Source: an uncultured delta proteobacterium (GTDB taxonomy: Bacteria; Myxococcota_A; Polyangia; Fen-1088). From it: a stretch of DNA of 64,000 nucleotides. Position numbers and translations under genes: made by a program. The stretch spans positions 64,001 to 128,000 of the forward strand of contig CAWCMR010000009.1 in the NCBI GenBank assembly GCA_963796685.1. Reading direction: 5' to 3'. Shown here piece by piece: positions 53,012 through 63,586 of this stretch (within the stretch, counting starts at the first letter, position 1; each line of letters begins with the position of its first letter). A model generated the notes under the pieces. It was not told the origin of the DNA. It was given only the letters and a program-made list of their open reading frames with translations, and ran no database searches.

Positions 53012-54090
53012 TAGCACCGGCCACAAGCTCTACGGCCCCACCGGCATCGGCGTGCTTTATGGCAAGCAGCGCCTGCTGGAGGCCATGCCGCCCTGGCAGG
53101 GCGGTGGCGACATGATCATGTCCGTGACCTTCGAGCGGACCACCTACGCGCCGCCGCCGGCCAAATTCGAGGCCGGCACGCCCGACATCAGCGGTGCCAT
53201 CGCTCTCGCCACCGCCATCGACTACGTCGAGTCGTTCGGCATGGCCGCCATCGAACGCTACGAGGCCGAGCTGCGATCACGTGACCGTGTACCTCGACGT
53301 CAAGGACGGTGTCGTCCGTGACATCAGCTTCCAAGGCGAGGGCTGCGCCATCGCCAGGGCGTCGGCGTCCATGATGACGTCGGTGGTGAAGGGAAAGTCC
53401 TTGGCCGACGCCTCCGAGACCTTCAAGCGCTTCCGCCAGATGATCACCGGCGGCCAGGATCCCTGCTTCGACCTCGAAGACCTGGGCAAGCTCGCCGCGT
53501 TCTCCGACGTAAGCGCGTTCCCCGTGCGGGTCAAGTGCGCAAGCCTCGCCTGGCACACCTTGAACGCGGCCATGCACGAGACCACGACCGAGCCCACCAG
53601 CGGCAGCGAGCCCAGCAAGGAGCCCTAAAAGTGACGGCGGCCCCCGATCCCCAGCCCGCACCCGACCCGCCCCCCGACCCGCCATCGGGCTCCACCGCCA
53701 ACGATGCGGCCACCGCCCAGTTGGAGCGCCTGGTGTGGCAGGAGCTGCGCGAGTGCTACGACCCGGAGATCCCCGTCAACATCGTGGAGCTGGGGCTCGT
53801 CTACGCCATGAGGACCGAGCCCCTGCCCGAGGGCGGCCACCGGGTCGAGGTCCTCATGACCGTGACCTCTACTGCCTGTGGCATGTCCGAGATCCTGCGC
53901 AGCGAGGCCGACGCGCGCATTCGCAAGCTGCCCGGCGTGGCGCAGGTCGAGGTCGCCATCACCTTCGACCCGACCTGGACCCCCGAGCTCATGAGCGACG
54001 ACGCGCGCATGATGCTGAATTTGTGACTGGAGAGAGCGCAGAGGGCGGAGGAGGGCGCGGAGGGCGGAGAAGCTCGGGAAGGTTTTGCCG
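53012..54090 (+). mobile_element. Long IS cargo sufS'-'sufU-sufT (sufT 53631-54026)
   Basis: Matches 36692-37770. Confidence 0.9.
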
Positions 54091-55848
54091 ACCGTGGCCG
54101 TGCCTCACCCACACAACGCCCGACACCCGCATCACGCACCTTCCGTGACCTGCTTGCCGAGAACCCTCCTTCATGGAGGCAGCCGCATGCGCAAAACCTG
54201 CGACCGGCTACACCTATGCCCGCCGGGAGCCGGAGAAGACCGCGCTCTTCCAGGTGCTCCAGCAGCACCTGCTCACCTTCGAGCAAGAGTGGACCGACAA
54301 GTCCGACGGCCGCACGCTGCCCAGCTTCGTCACCGACGAGCTACACGACTTTCTAGGGTGCGGAATCTTGGCGCGAGGCTTCGCACAATTCTTGTGCAAA
54401 ACCTGCCACGAGCGGTACGTTGTGGCCTGGAGCTGTAAGGGTCGTGGCTTCTGTCCGAGCTGCGGAGGCAGACGCATGAACGCGGGTGCGCTGACTCTGG
54501 TCGATCACGTGCTGCCCGAAGTGCCCATCCGACAATTCGTGCTCACCCTGCCTTTCCCGCTGAGATTTCCCTTGGCCTTCGACGGGAAATTGCTGGGCCA
54601 AGTCCTGCGCATCTTCATCGACACCGTCGCGTCCAACTATCGCAAGCGCCTGGCAGATCGGGGCATCCCCGACGGCGAGTGCGGCGCCGTCACGGTCATC
54701 CAGCGCGCCAACAGCGACCTGCGTCTCTCACCGCATTTTCACGTTCTCCAGCTCGATGGAGCGTACGCCCCTGGGCCCGACGGCGGTGCGCCCATCTTCC
54801 ACCCGGCTCCGGAACTTACCCAAGAGGACATCCTTGCCATCGTCGCGCGCGCCAGTAAGCGCATCCTCCGCTTCCTCCAACGTCGCGGGGTCATCACCCT
54901 GGTGACCGCGCCAGGCGACGGCGAGATCACCGTCGTCACCGACGAGACCATCGGCGAGAAGGATCCGCTCCTGGCTCGCTTGTTGGCCGCCGCCACCGCT
55001 GGCGCCTCGCCTGCCGGCCCTGCGCACAAGCGGGCTCCCGTGCGCATCGTGCTCGACCCTGGCGCCACGCCCGTGGCCAAGGGCAAACTATGCGGCCAGC
55101 AAGCAGGCTTCAACCTGCATGCTCAAACCAAAGTCGCCGCCAACGACAAGAAGGGTCGCGAAAACCTGTGCAAGTACATCTTGCGCCCGCCTCTCGCCAA
55201 CGACCGCCTCAAGATCCTCGACGACAAAACCGTCAGGCTCGACTTCAAGAAGCCCTGGACGGATGGCACCTCGTCGGTCGACCTTGCGCCGCTCGCCCTC
55301 ATTGCCAGGCTAGCCGCGATCATCCCTCCTCCTCGTCGCCATGTCGTCAGATATTCGGGGGTTATCTCCTCGCACAGCTCTCTCCGCAGCCAGGTCGTCC
55401 CCGTCCCCGCCGTGGCGGCACCCGAGGAAAAGGACAAGCCTTCACTGCCGCTCTCGCACTATATTTCTTGGAGCCAGCTCCTCAAAAAGACATTCGAGAT
55501 CGACACCGTCTGCCCTCGCTGCAAGAGCCCGCTGCATCTCATCGCCATGATCGAGACCGAGGACACCATCAAGAAGATTCTCAAAGCCATGGGACTGCCT
55601 ACCGAGGCGCCCAAACTCCGGCCTGCACGACCGCCGCCCTCGCAATCTGGTGGCGAGGGCGGAGACTGGCTGAACTGACGGCACGTCGACCAGGGCGGGT
55701 TGGAGTAGACTGCCCTGCGTGCTCGAGAAAGACCCCGTCAGGCCCCAGAAACCCGGTCACGTGCGCCGTACCGACGTGATCGGGGCCAACCTAATGCGGC
55801 CCGGCAGGGTTCTCGGACGCTCAAAAACCCTTCGAATCGCCTATGGCC
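54091..55848 (+). mobile_element. IS91/ISCR-like element copy 5 (2-bp deletion near ori)
   Basis: AAAAACCCTTCGAA versus AAAAACCCCCTTCGAA in the other copies. Confidence 0.95.
54173..55678 (+). CDS. IS91-family transposase
   Basis: Protein identical to copy 2. Confidence 0.95.
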   Translation: MEAAACAKPATGYTYARREPEKTALFQVLQQHLLTFEQEWTDKSDGRTLPSFVTDELHDFLGCGILARGFAQFLCKTCHERYVVAWSCKGRGFCPSCGGRRMNAGALTLVDHVLPEVPIRQFVLTLPFPLRFPLAFDGKLLGQVLRIFIDTVASNYRKRLADRGIPDGECGAVTVIQRANSDLRLSPHFHVLQLDGAYAPGPDGGAPIFHPAPELTQEDILAIVARASKRILRFLQRRGVITLVTAPGDGEITVVTDETIGEKDPLLARLLAAATAGASPAGPAHKRAPVRIVLDPGATPVAKGKLCGQQAGFNLHAQTKVAANDKKGRENLCKYILRPPLANDRLKILDDKTVRLDFKKPWTDGTSSVDLAPLALIARLAAIIPPPRRHVVRYSGVISSHSSLRSQVVPVPAVAAPEEKDKPSLPLSHYISWSQLLKKTFEIDTVCPRCKSPLHLIAMIETEDTIKKILKAMGLPTEAPKLRPARPPPSQSGGEGGDWLN

Positions 55849-56364
55849 CGCCGACAGGCCGTTGAATCCTTTGCGCAGGTCCACGGGCGCGCCATACGCA
55901 AACACGCGCACAGCGCGAGTCAGCCCGATCACCGGCTACCCAAGCTCCTGCAGCATCGCCATCGCCAACTTGACCGGCAAGCCTTCCAGGCGATATCCGC
56001 GCGGCGAAACCAAAGCAAGGCAAGGTATCGCCGTCACGGGGGGCTCCGCCCGCACGACCTTCACGGGCACCATGCGACTGACCTTCGACGAGCTTCCCCA
56101 CAAGTACAGCGTCGCAGCGCATATGCCGATCTGCTTCGCCACCACGTCCATCGCCAAGCCTTGCGCTCGTAGCTCCTTGGCCAGGCGCAAAGCCTTGGCC
56201 TTCATCTCCGTCGTGTACGGGCGTGCACCTTTCCGTCGGGGACCACGCCACTGCAGAACCTCGTCCCGAAACGCTTTGATCTTCTCGTCCATGGGAACCT
56301 CCTTGGGCCAGGACGGTCCCACAGCGCGCGGTTTACGTCAGGACGGGGCCGGGCGAGGACTTAC
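55849..56364 (-). mobile_element. IS66 remnant: left end, tnpA (55936-56292) and tnpB truncated by IS91 copy 5
   Basis: GTAAG end at 56364; TnpB PVDLRKGFNGL; TnpA HTH ..SPRGYRLEGL. Confidence 0.8.
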
Positions 56365-57098
56365 GATGCAACCGCTCCAGACGATGCCCTTGCTGACGTT
56401 GAAGCGGTTATGCCTGCGGTTCGATGTGACGTCCCCGCGAGCGATTCGCCGCCACCCCACACCGTTGCCATGCAGGCGCCGAGGCCGACCGTTCAAGGTC
56501 GCGAGGAGCGCCAGATCACCGATGCACCTACGGAAGCAGCGCTTCGCGGGCAAACGGCAAGGCCGCTGCGGTCAGTTCAAAATCTTCTGGACCGTTTCGA
56601 CCAATGGTTCTGGGGACAACTCGGCCTCGGCTAGAATTCTTTGTGCAACAGTTTCTGCACTGCCGGGAAGACGGTTCCGTTTAGGGGCAGATTTGGAGTA
56701 CGTTTCGGCGGATGATGTCTTTCACTCTGCTAGCGCCAGAGACAGCCGCGCACATTCAGGTGGACAGATGACGCAGGCATCCGCTGGAGCGCGACTGAGC
56801 CCGACCTACGCTCCATTCGCCTGGATGTTCCGAACTATTCGCCTCGACTTGTGCAGCAGGCGCTATACCGATTCTGTTCGAGGTCGAATCGCATCGCATG
56901 GCGAGATCCCTGCGCCGCGGGATCGAAGCCGTGCGGGGCGTGCACGCCAATGGTCTGCCCTTGGGTGACTGCTGAACGATGCACACCGACGCAGGCTCTC
57001 CGCCCTCGCACCAAATGCACGTATCCGGGAATGGCTCCGGAGCCAAGGGCTGGAAAAACCGCCTTGTCTAGGCCATGCACTCCGGTATCCATTGAGGG

Positions 57099-58565
57099 TC
57101 ACAGAGTCTGAAGCAACAGAAACTGGAAATCGGTCGCGACTGATCGTTTGAGGAGCCAGTTCTCGTTCTCGGACAGCAGCATCACCGGTTCAATCAAGCG
57201 CTGGATCTCGATGGGGAGGATGACCGCGGCGAGGGCCTTGCGAGGCAAGCGTCCAAGGGTTGCCAGAACCCACGGCGTGGTGCCAGAAGCTATGCATCGG
57301 GTGAGCGCCTCCGCCACGTCGACGGAGCCCAAGAGACGCAGGGCCTCGGATGCCGCCGCCTTGGTTCGCGTCGATTGGCTCTCGACCAGCAAATCGGCCA
57401 GATGGTTGACAACCTGCTTCGATGGGGTGCCGGCCAGGCCAACAATCGCGTGTAGCCTGACGTCGTCCTCCTCGTCGTCTAGGTACCCGACAAGCCGCTC
57501 ATACGAGCCCACGCCCGCCTTCCCCAATCCCCACACTGCAGCTTGTCGGATCTCATTGCCGGTCAGTTCCGACCGGCGAGCGAGGTTATCTAGTAGCTCG
57601 GCGGCCTGTGGGTGGCGAAGCTCGGCCAGGATCAGAACTGCCTCCATGGGCAAGTAGGGCGGAACTGCGTCGTTTGGCCTTTCCAGCACGGTCGCGATGA
57701 AGTCGAAGCCACAGGCATCATCAAGGCGGGCGAGAGCGCTCGCGATTTCGAGGGCTGTGCGTTGTTCAGTTTCTAATCCCAGGGCCTTCCGAAGTAGGTC
57801 GCGCGTCTTTTCGACACCAATGTGCGGACGCCATCCCAGCGCTTTGGCCGAAACATAGCGGTCAGTCGCGTTGGCAGACTCAAGTCCGTCGGCCGGCACC
57901 CATGCTCGAAACCGAAGATCTGCAATGTTGAGCAGTCGTGGCACGATTCCCGCAAGAATTGATGTCCCACCGTCGAATCGATCGCCCGGTTTGATGTAGG
58001 GCACCTTGCCTCTCATCTGAAACGTCTGCTGTCTACCCGAGTGCATCAGGGCTCGTATTCGCTCGGGAGAAACCTCAAGAACTTCGCCGTCGGCCTTGGG
58101 GACGCAGCTAGGCCAGGTGAGGTCACGCTCGGCACCCTCGCTCGCGGACTTCGGAGGGCCGAGCTTGGCACTTGCCTCCGTCGCGCGAAGGTCCCCGACG
58201 GAAAAACACACCGGGGTTCCTCGAACACGCACGTTCGCTCCGCCGTCACACGGGACGAGAGCGATGACGTCCTCGTCCCGGAGGCCCGAGTCCCACCGAC
58301 GGTCCAGGTTGGTGGGCGAATGGCTCATTTTCACCTGGAGGTCCGACTTCCCTCGAACCTCGAACCGAGTTCCGGTGCGGACGCACAGAATGTCGGCGAG
58401 CCTCAAACGTTTGACTTTCGTCGTCCAAATCTTGTTCGAAGTGCTGTATCGCTCAAGTTCAACCGGTTGGAAGCCCTGAGAACGGAGGTAGTCGATCGCA
58501 GAACGAGTCGCCATTGCGCCCATGGTCAGCTTCTCCACGAAGCTGAGGTCCGCCTTGAACCCCAC
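57099..58565 (-). CDS. Putative PD-(D/E)XK nuclease fused to C-terminal HEAT repeats
   Basis: RLADILC..FEVRGKS; IRQAAVWGLG, DVRLHAIVGL and TKAAASEAL repeats; GTG overlaps the controller stop. Confidence 0.7.
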   Translation of the reverse strand: MGFKADLSFVEKLTMGAMATRSAIDYLRSQGFQPVELERYSTSNKIWTTKVKRLRLADILCVRTGTRFEVRGKSDLQVKMSHSPTNLDRRWDSGLRDEDVIALVPCDGGANVRVRGTPVCFSVGDLRATEASAKLGPPKSASEGAERDLTWPSCVPKADGEVLEVSPERIRALMHSGRQQTFQMRGKVPYIKPGDRFDGGTSILAGIVPRLLNIADLRFRAWVPADGLESANATDRYVSAKALGWRPHIGVEKTRDLLRKALGLETEQRTALEIASALARLDDACGFDFIATVLERPNDAVPPYLPMEAVLILAELRHPQAAELLDNLARRSELTGNEIRQAAVWGLGKAGVGSYERLVGYLDDEEDDVRLHAIVGLAGTPSKQVVNHLADLLVESQSTRTKAAASEALRLLGSVDVAEALTRCIASGTTPWVLATLGRLPRKALAAVILPIEIQRLIEPVMLLSENENWLLKRSVATDFQFLLLQTL

Positions 58566-58810
58566 TACTTCTCCTTCCCATTCTCGTCGGGCACCAGGAG
58601 ATCTCTCGGATCGCAAGCGAGGGCGGCCGCAATTGCGTAGATGTTCTCCAACGACACGTTGCGCTTCCCGCGCTCCACGGAACTCACATACGTTCGGTGC
58701 AGCCTCGCACGGTCGGCCAGGGCTTCCTGCGAAAGCCCAACCGCCCTACGCAACTTTCTGACGTTGCGTCCGAAAAGTACAGCGGGGCTCTCACCCCTCT
58801 CGTAAACCAC
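58565..58810 (-). CDS. R-M controller (C) protein, XRE HTH
   Basis: FGRNVR..LSQEALA..HRTYVSSVERGKRNVSLENI. Confidence 0.9.
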   Translation of the reverse strand: MVYERGESPAVLFGRNVRKLRRAVGLSQEALADRARLHRTYVSSVERGKRNVSLENIYAIAAALACDPRDLLVPDENGKEK

Positions 58811-58833
58811 CAGGCGGAGAATAAAGCGTTGAT

Positions 58834-58866
58834 GATTTTAGAGCGACAGACTATAAGTCACGCATC
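58834..58866 (-). promoter_or_regulatory. C-box operator
   Basis: Minus strand ATGCGT-GACTTATAGTC-TGTC followed by a degenerate second box, upstream of the C gene. Confidence 0.8.
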
Positions 58867-58870
58867 TGCC

Positions 58871-60700
58871 ATGACACCTTCGATCTCTCGGGCCGCAGCC
58901 CTCGAACCCTCTCGTGGGGAAGACCAGCCGCTTGACCGCTTGCCGGCTCTCGTCCACGCGCCCCGCACCGACGCGGTCTACAACTGCCATGCCTACCTTA
59001 CAAAGGTTCCCGTCGAAGCCATCAAGCCGTTCGTCGATGCGCTGACTGCGGCGGATGAGACTGTCCTCGACATGTTCGCCGGATCTGGGATGACCGGGGT
59101 CGCGGCGTCGTCGCTGGGGCGGCGAGCTGTCTTAAGCGACATTTCGGTCCTCGGTCAGCACATCGGCCGAGGCTACCTTACGGCCGCCGGGCCTACCGAG
59201 ATTCGGCGAAGCGCGGAAACAGCGGTACGTGAGGCGCGGGACGCACTGGGTGACCTCTACCGAACGAAACGAGCCTCCGACGGCGCCCAGGCCGAGGTAA
59301 TCCGAACGATCTGGTCCTACGTCTACATCTGTCCGAAGTGTAGCGAGCATATGGTCTACTTCAACTATGTCGATGAGGACGGCAGGCCTCCCAACCAGTG
59401 CCCGAAGTGTGGTGGCAGCTTTGCCCGCCGATCGTGGGCTCGCGGTGAGGATGAGCCAGTGCGGGTAGTCGTAGACGGCGAGCAGGGGAAACAGGTAGAG
59501 CAACCAGTCCAGCCAATCGATCTTCGGCGCATCACGCGTGCTCAGAAGGATCCACGGCAGGCGGACGTGCCATCCCTAACAATCTCCCCGGATCGAGAGA
59601 TGTATAGCCGGTCAGGCCTGGGGCGTGTTGGCGTGAGTGAGACGAAGCAGTTTTTTTCGTCTCGGAATGCTTTGGCCCTGCTTGAGCTGTGGCGAGCGAT
59701 CGGGAGGGTTCCCACTGAGCCTGTTCGCCAGAAGTTGCGATTTGCCTTCACGGCCTGCCTCACCCGAGCCTCGAAGCGCTATCAGTGGGGGCCAAAGCGC
59801 CCGCTCAATGCGCAGAATCAGACCTACTACGTAGCGCCAATCTACTTCGAGTGGAACGTGTTCGACCTCTTCGAGCGCAAGGTGGAAGCCGTGCTACGTT
59901 CGGATGCGCTGATCTTCGGCGACATCCCGCTGCTGGTCTCGAACCCCTCAAAGCGTTCCGTGTACGAGTTGGCTTCGGCGGACCAACTCGCTCACGTCGC
60001 AGATGGCTCCGTCTCGTACGTCTTCACCGATCCTCCTTTCGGCAGCAACATCTTCTATGCCGACATGAATCTTTTTCACGAAGCATGGCTGGGCAAAGCC
60101 ACCGACGACCGTCGGGAGGCGGTCATGCATACCACCGGGAAGAAGAAGAAGGATGCTGCCGACCGATACGAGAAGCTCCTCCGGGGAGCGTTCGCCGAGG
60201 CCTATCGAGTCCTGAAGCCGGGCCGTTTCATGAGTGTAGTGTTCGGCAACAGCAGTGGGGCTGTCTGGTCTCTGGTGCAGCGTGCCCTCCGCGATGCCGG
60301 TTTCAACGAACCGCTGCATGCCGCAATTCTCGACAAGGGCCAGCGCTCGGTCAAGGGACTCAACTCTGGATCGGAGGGAGTCGTGACGCTCGATCTCGTA
60401 CTAACGGTGAAGAAGCCGAAACGTCGCATCGCGGTGAGACGCACGGACGCCCCTCCCGCAAGCGTCGGGGACTTGCTCGCGTCTGCAGCGAGCGAACTCG
60501 ACGAGAAGCGAGCACGGAATCCCAGCTACGTCTACCTAGCCGCCCTCCGGGAGGCAATCCGTCGAGGTCAGTCTCTCGAAGGGTTACACTACAGCGACGT
60601 CTTGCTGGGGCTACGGAATCTCGGGTTTTCCTTGGATCCAAAGAAGGGGCTCTTCGATCGTCCGGTGGATGCGTCGGCACTCGCCAGCCTGGCCGGATGA
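58871..60700 (+). CDS. Amino (N6A/N4C) DNA methyltransferase with a zinc-ribbon insertion
   Basis: LDMFAGSG (motif I), CPKC..CPKC, FTDPPF (motif IV), RVLKPG; start uncertain. Confidence 0.9.
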   Translation: MTPSISRAAALEPSRGEDQPLDRLPALVHAPRTDAVYNCHAYLTKVPVEAIKPFVDALTAADETVLDMFAGSGMTGVAASSLGRRAVLSDISVLGQHIGRGYLTAAGPTEIRRSAETAVREARDALGDLYRTKRASDGAQAEVIRTIWSYVYICPKCSEHMVYFNYVDEDGRPPNQCPKCGGSFARRSWARGEDEPVRVVVDGEQGKQVEQPVQPIDLRRITRAQKDPRQADVPSLTISPDREMYSRSGLGRVGVSETKQFFSSRNALALLELWRAIGRVPTEPVRQKLRFAFTACLTRASKRYQWGPKRPLNAQNQTYYVAPIYFEWNVFDLFERKVEAVLRSDALIFGDIPLLVSNPSKRSVYELASADQLAHVADGSVSYVFTDPPFGSNIFYADMNLFHEAWLGKATDDRREAVMHTTGKKKKDAADRYEKLLRGAFAEAYRVLKPGRFMSVVFGNSSGAVWSLVQRALRDAGFNEPLHAAILDKGQRSVKGLNSGSEGVVTLDLVLTVKKPKRRIAVRRTDAPPASVGDLLASAASELDEKRARNPSYVYLAALREAIRRGQSLEGLHYSDVLLGLRNLGFSLDPKKGLFDRPVDASALASLAG

Positions 60701-61259
60701 CCCTGCAGAGCACTGCCCAGGTCGCGCCTTGATTCGCGTCGATGGATACCTAACGCAACAGAAGTTGGAGACAGCCCTCAGGTCAATCGTTGGCGAAGGC
60801 GCATGGCGTGGGCGCGAGGTCCACGTTTCGCAAGGGGGGAAGCATCGCTGGGACATGGCGTACCAGTGGCAGGAGCAGTTCGTCGTGGTCGAGTTCGACG
60901 GGGACGAGCACTATCGGCATTCACTGAAGATCAAGGCGGACCGCCAAAAGGCCGAAGTGGCTCAACGTAGTGGGCACAAGGTGATTCGAATCCCATATTG
61001 GGTTCAACTAACTACCGAGACGTTGCAGCACTTCTTCGGCCTCCATACCGATATCGACCAAAACTTCGCGCATGGATTCATAACTACGAAGCTGTTTCCA
61101 GCATCGTTCTGCGAGCAAGGCATCGCGCGGTTCGAGGAAGAAATGGCGGCGCTTCCGAATGCGGTCAGGGTCGCAGTCGTATGCTCGCTTCACGACCGAG
61201 CGGCTGAGCACGGATGGGAGTACGTGCTTCCGCGTCGGCTGATGTCAATTGTCGGTTAG
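60669..61259 (+). CDS. DUF559/Vsr-like endonuclease
   Basis: WDMA..VVEFDGDEHY..D..K..GHKVIRIPYW; start uncertain. Confidence 0.7.
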   Translation: MRRHSPAWPDDPAEHCPGRALIRVDGYLTQQKLETALRSIVGEGAWRGREVHVSQGGKHRWDMAYQWQEQFVVVEFDGDEHYRHSLKIKADRQKAEVAQRSGHKVIRIPYWVQLTTETLQHFFGLHTDIDQNFAHGFITTKLFPASFCEQGIARFEEEMAALPNAVRVAVVCSLHDRAAEHGWEYVLPRRLMSIVG

Positions 61260-61297
61260 GCCGTTCCCCGGTCACAACTGGCTGAAGCGCAAGGCCG

Positions 61298-61807
61298 TCA
61301 CACTGTTTCTTCGAGCTTGCCGCCAATTCCGGAGTAGAGGAGTCTTCCGTGGGCTTTCACGTACGACAACGGAACCTTGGGGTTATTGATGTCCTTGCCG
61401 CCATCACGATGCCACTTTTCTTCCCAGGCCGTGTACCACTGTTCCATCTCGGTCGGGGTGAGCAAGTAGATCTCTTTCAGTTCGATTCCCTCGTAAGTCG
61501 CGAAGATCCAATCCACCATTCTGTACTTGGCGATGATCACGGGATTGAGGTGATGGTGGGTTGTGAACTGCTGCGTACGCTGCAGGTTCACGGTTTTCAC
61601 CTCGTACTCCTTCCCCTGAGCATCGCGGACATCGTTTCCTTCCCGTGACTTCAAGACAGTGATACCGAGCAGCAGCGCAATCTGGAGGAGCTTGCCGCCA
61701 TTGTCCTGGAAGATATCGGGGATACCGTGCTTCACCGCAAGCTCTTGGTACAGTCGAATTCCGGGAAAGAGTTTCCGGAGCAGATTGGCATCACGATGGG
61801 CCCTCAC
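61298..61807 (-). CDS. PvuII-family type II restriction endonuclease
   Basis: KHGI.DIFQDNGGKLLQ..REGND..EYEVK..THHHLNPVIIAKYR..KDINNPK matches R.PvuII as recalled. Confidence 0.9.
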   Translation of the reverse strand: MRAHRDANLLRKLFPGIRLYQELAVKHGIPDIFQDNGGKLLQIALLLGITVLKSREGNDVRDAQGKEYEVKTVNLQRTQQFTTHHHLNPVIIAKYRMVDWIFATYEGIELKEIYLLTPTEMEQWYTAWEEKWHRDGGKDINNPKVPLSYVKAHGRLLYSGIGGKLEETV

Positions 61808-62204
61808 TTTGAGGCTGCGGGATAGCTGCTTCCGTATCCTGGGTCTGGGCACGAATCGAACGTTCGCGGGTCCCCCGCTCATGGTCTACAGACTCAACGT
61901 CACACATCTGAGAGGGTCGCCAGATGGGTGGCCGAGAGTACAGGCCCACGCGGTCGTCAGAGTCATGGAGCGGGATGCTCACATCGAGCAAGCACGGCGT
62001 CAATCGGCGATGTTTCACAATGTCGTCGGTGCTTCCATCTCCTTGGTCACGTTGCGAGGAGTGTCATTGCTGCGCTGTCACGTGGTGGGCTTACGGCGGA
62101 CGACTCTCCGTCCTGCGCCTCCTTGCATAACCACCAACCTAACCACCTGAGCGAGACGGGGCTGGACGGCCCGAGACTCCTTGTGACGGTAAGCCCGCGT
62201 CTCT

Positions 62205-62339
62205 ACCGTGCTCAAGAAAGACCCCGTCAGGCCCCAGAAACCCGGTCACGTGCGCCGTACCGACGTGATCGGGGCCAACCTAATGCGGCCCGGCAGGGTT
62301 CTCAGACGCTCAAAAACCCCCTTCGAATCGCCTATGGCC
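62205..62339 (+). mobile_element. 135-bp ori-only remnant of the IS91-like element
   Basis: Matches the last 133 bp of copy 2 with one mismatch seen. Confidence 0.9.
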
Positions 62340-62922
62340 AGGCGTCTAGAGCGCCGAATGCACAGCCGCGTTGCCAGCGGAGCCGCTCCGCACGGCTTCG
62401 CGCTCCTCACCCTGACTCTAGCGACGCCTGATCCTATCCGTGGCTACCGCGTGCTTTGCAAGGCGCGTCTGCGTTTCTTCCGTGGAACCCTTGCACGCTC
62501 TGTCATGTCAGGCGGAGAAGGCCACGTGCATGCTGAGCCTGCCCGAGGGGGCGAGGCGCAAGTCTGGAACGTCCACATGCATGCCATCGTCGAACTGGGG
62601 CAACCTCGTCGCAGCGTGGATACCGGCGCGCTTCAGGCGATGTGGGCGCAGGCTCTCGCTCACTTCGGTGCACGGGGTTCCCTGGACCTACGTCAACGGC
62701 GCAATCTGACTGCCGACTCGTTGCGGGCGTGCAGGGATGAAGTGCGCGGGTGACAGTTTCATGCCTGCCGCATTCTACGTTTCCAAGCGGAAGCCCGCCG
62801 ACTGGGCCAAGGACGGTGCAGCGGAGATCGTCGTGCGGTTCAAGCTCATGGTGGAGTCGCCACGCTTGGTGTCTACCTGGGGAACATGGCGAAAGCCGCG
62901 GCGGAAATCACAGCACGCATGA
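62340..62922 (+). pseudogene. HUH rolling-circle Rep-like protein, truncated and frameshifted
   Basis: Motif 1 LLTLT and motif 2 VHMHAIV in one frame; motif 3 FYVSK in the next frame. Confidence 0.6.
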
Positions 62923-63000
62923 GCCAGCCAGCCCCTTGGAAGGAGCCCGCACCAAGATACGAGTAACGCCGTCTCTGGCATCGAGCGCGGCCACAGCCGT

Positions 63001-63462
63001 CTAGTTGCTGACGGCCACCAGCGGGGAGGTGACGAATGACCCGTCGGACTGGATGCATCCAAAGCCAATGGTCATGTTTGACGACGCGGGGTTTGTGTTG
63101 CGCGAAAATGCCGTCGCGCCTGTCGAAAGCGACAGCAGCAGGCTGTCACCGTTGAAGCTATAGGTTACCGAGTAGACCGGGTCAGGACCGGGGCAAGTGT
63201 ACTTCTGTGGCGTAAATGTGATCTCCGTGTCGGTCGTCGAAAAAACGCCGTCTTCAATCTCATCGTTCGCCGAGGTCGTGGACGTGAGTTGTAGGATCTG
63301 TGCGGTGTAGGTGGCGTTTGTATTGAAAGTGATGTCGACGCCGGCACTCCCGGCGCTGTTGGTGTAGAGCCACTGCCCGATCAGACGCTGTTGTGGAGTT
63401 TCAGAACTGCCGCCACCACACGAGGCCACGGCTGCCAGGAGAACTACAAACGTCCACTTCAT
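63001..63462 (-). CDS. Lipoprotein, lipocalin-like
   Basis: MKWTFVVLLAAVASC lipobox; LIGQW. Confidence 0.7.
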   Translation of the reverse strand: MKWTFVVLLAAVASCGGGSSETPQQRLIGQWLYTNSAGSAGVDITFNTNATYTAQILQLTSTTSANDEIEDGVFSTTDTEITFTPQKYTCPGPDPVYSVTYSFNGDSLLLSLSTGATAFSRNTNPASSNMTIGFGCIQSDGSFVTSPLVAVSN

Positions 63463-63586
63463 GTCATCCCTCCAGTTGAAGAAAGGCTCGTCTCGGCCGA
63501 ACGCGGATAGGTCTGTCGGCACCAGAATGCGTATATTACCCCATCCGTGAGGTTTTTGGTGGAGTCGTTTGCCGCTACGGGTGGAC

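Noticed and set aside
55862-56968. 368-aa plus-strand ORF
   Set aside because: Antisense to the IS66 remnant with no recognisable motif.
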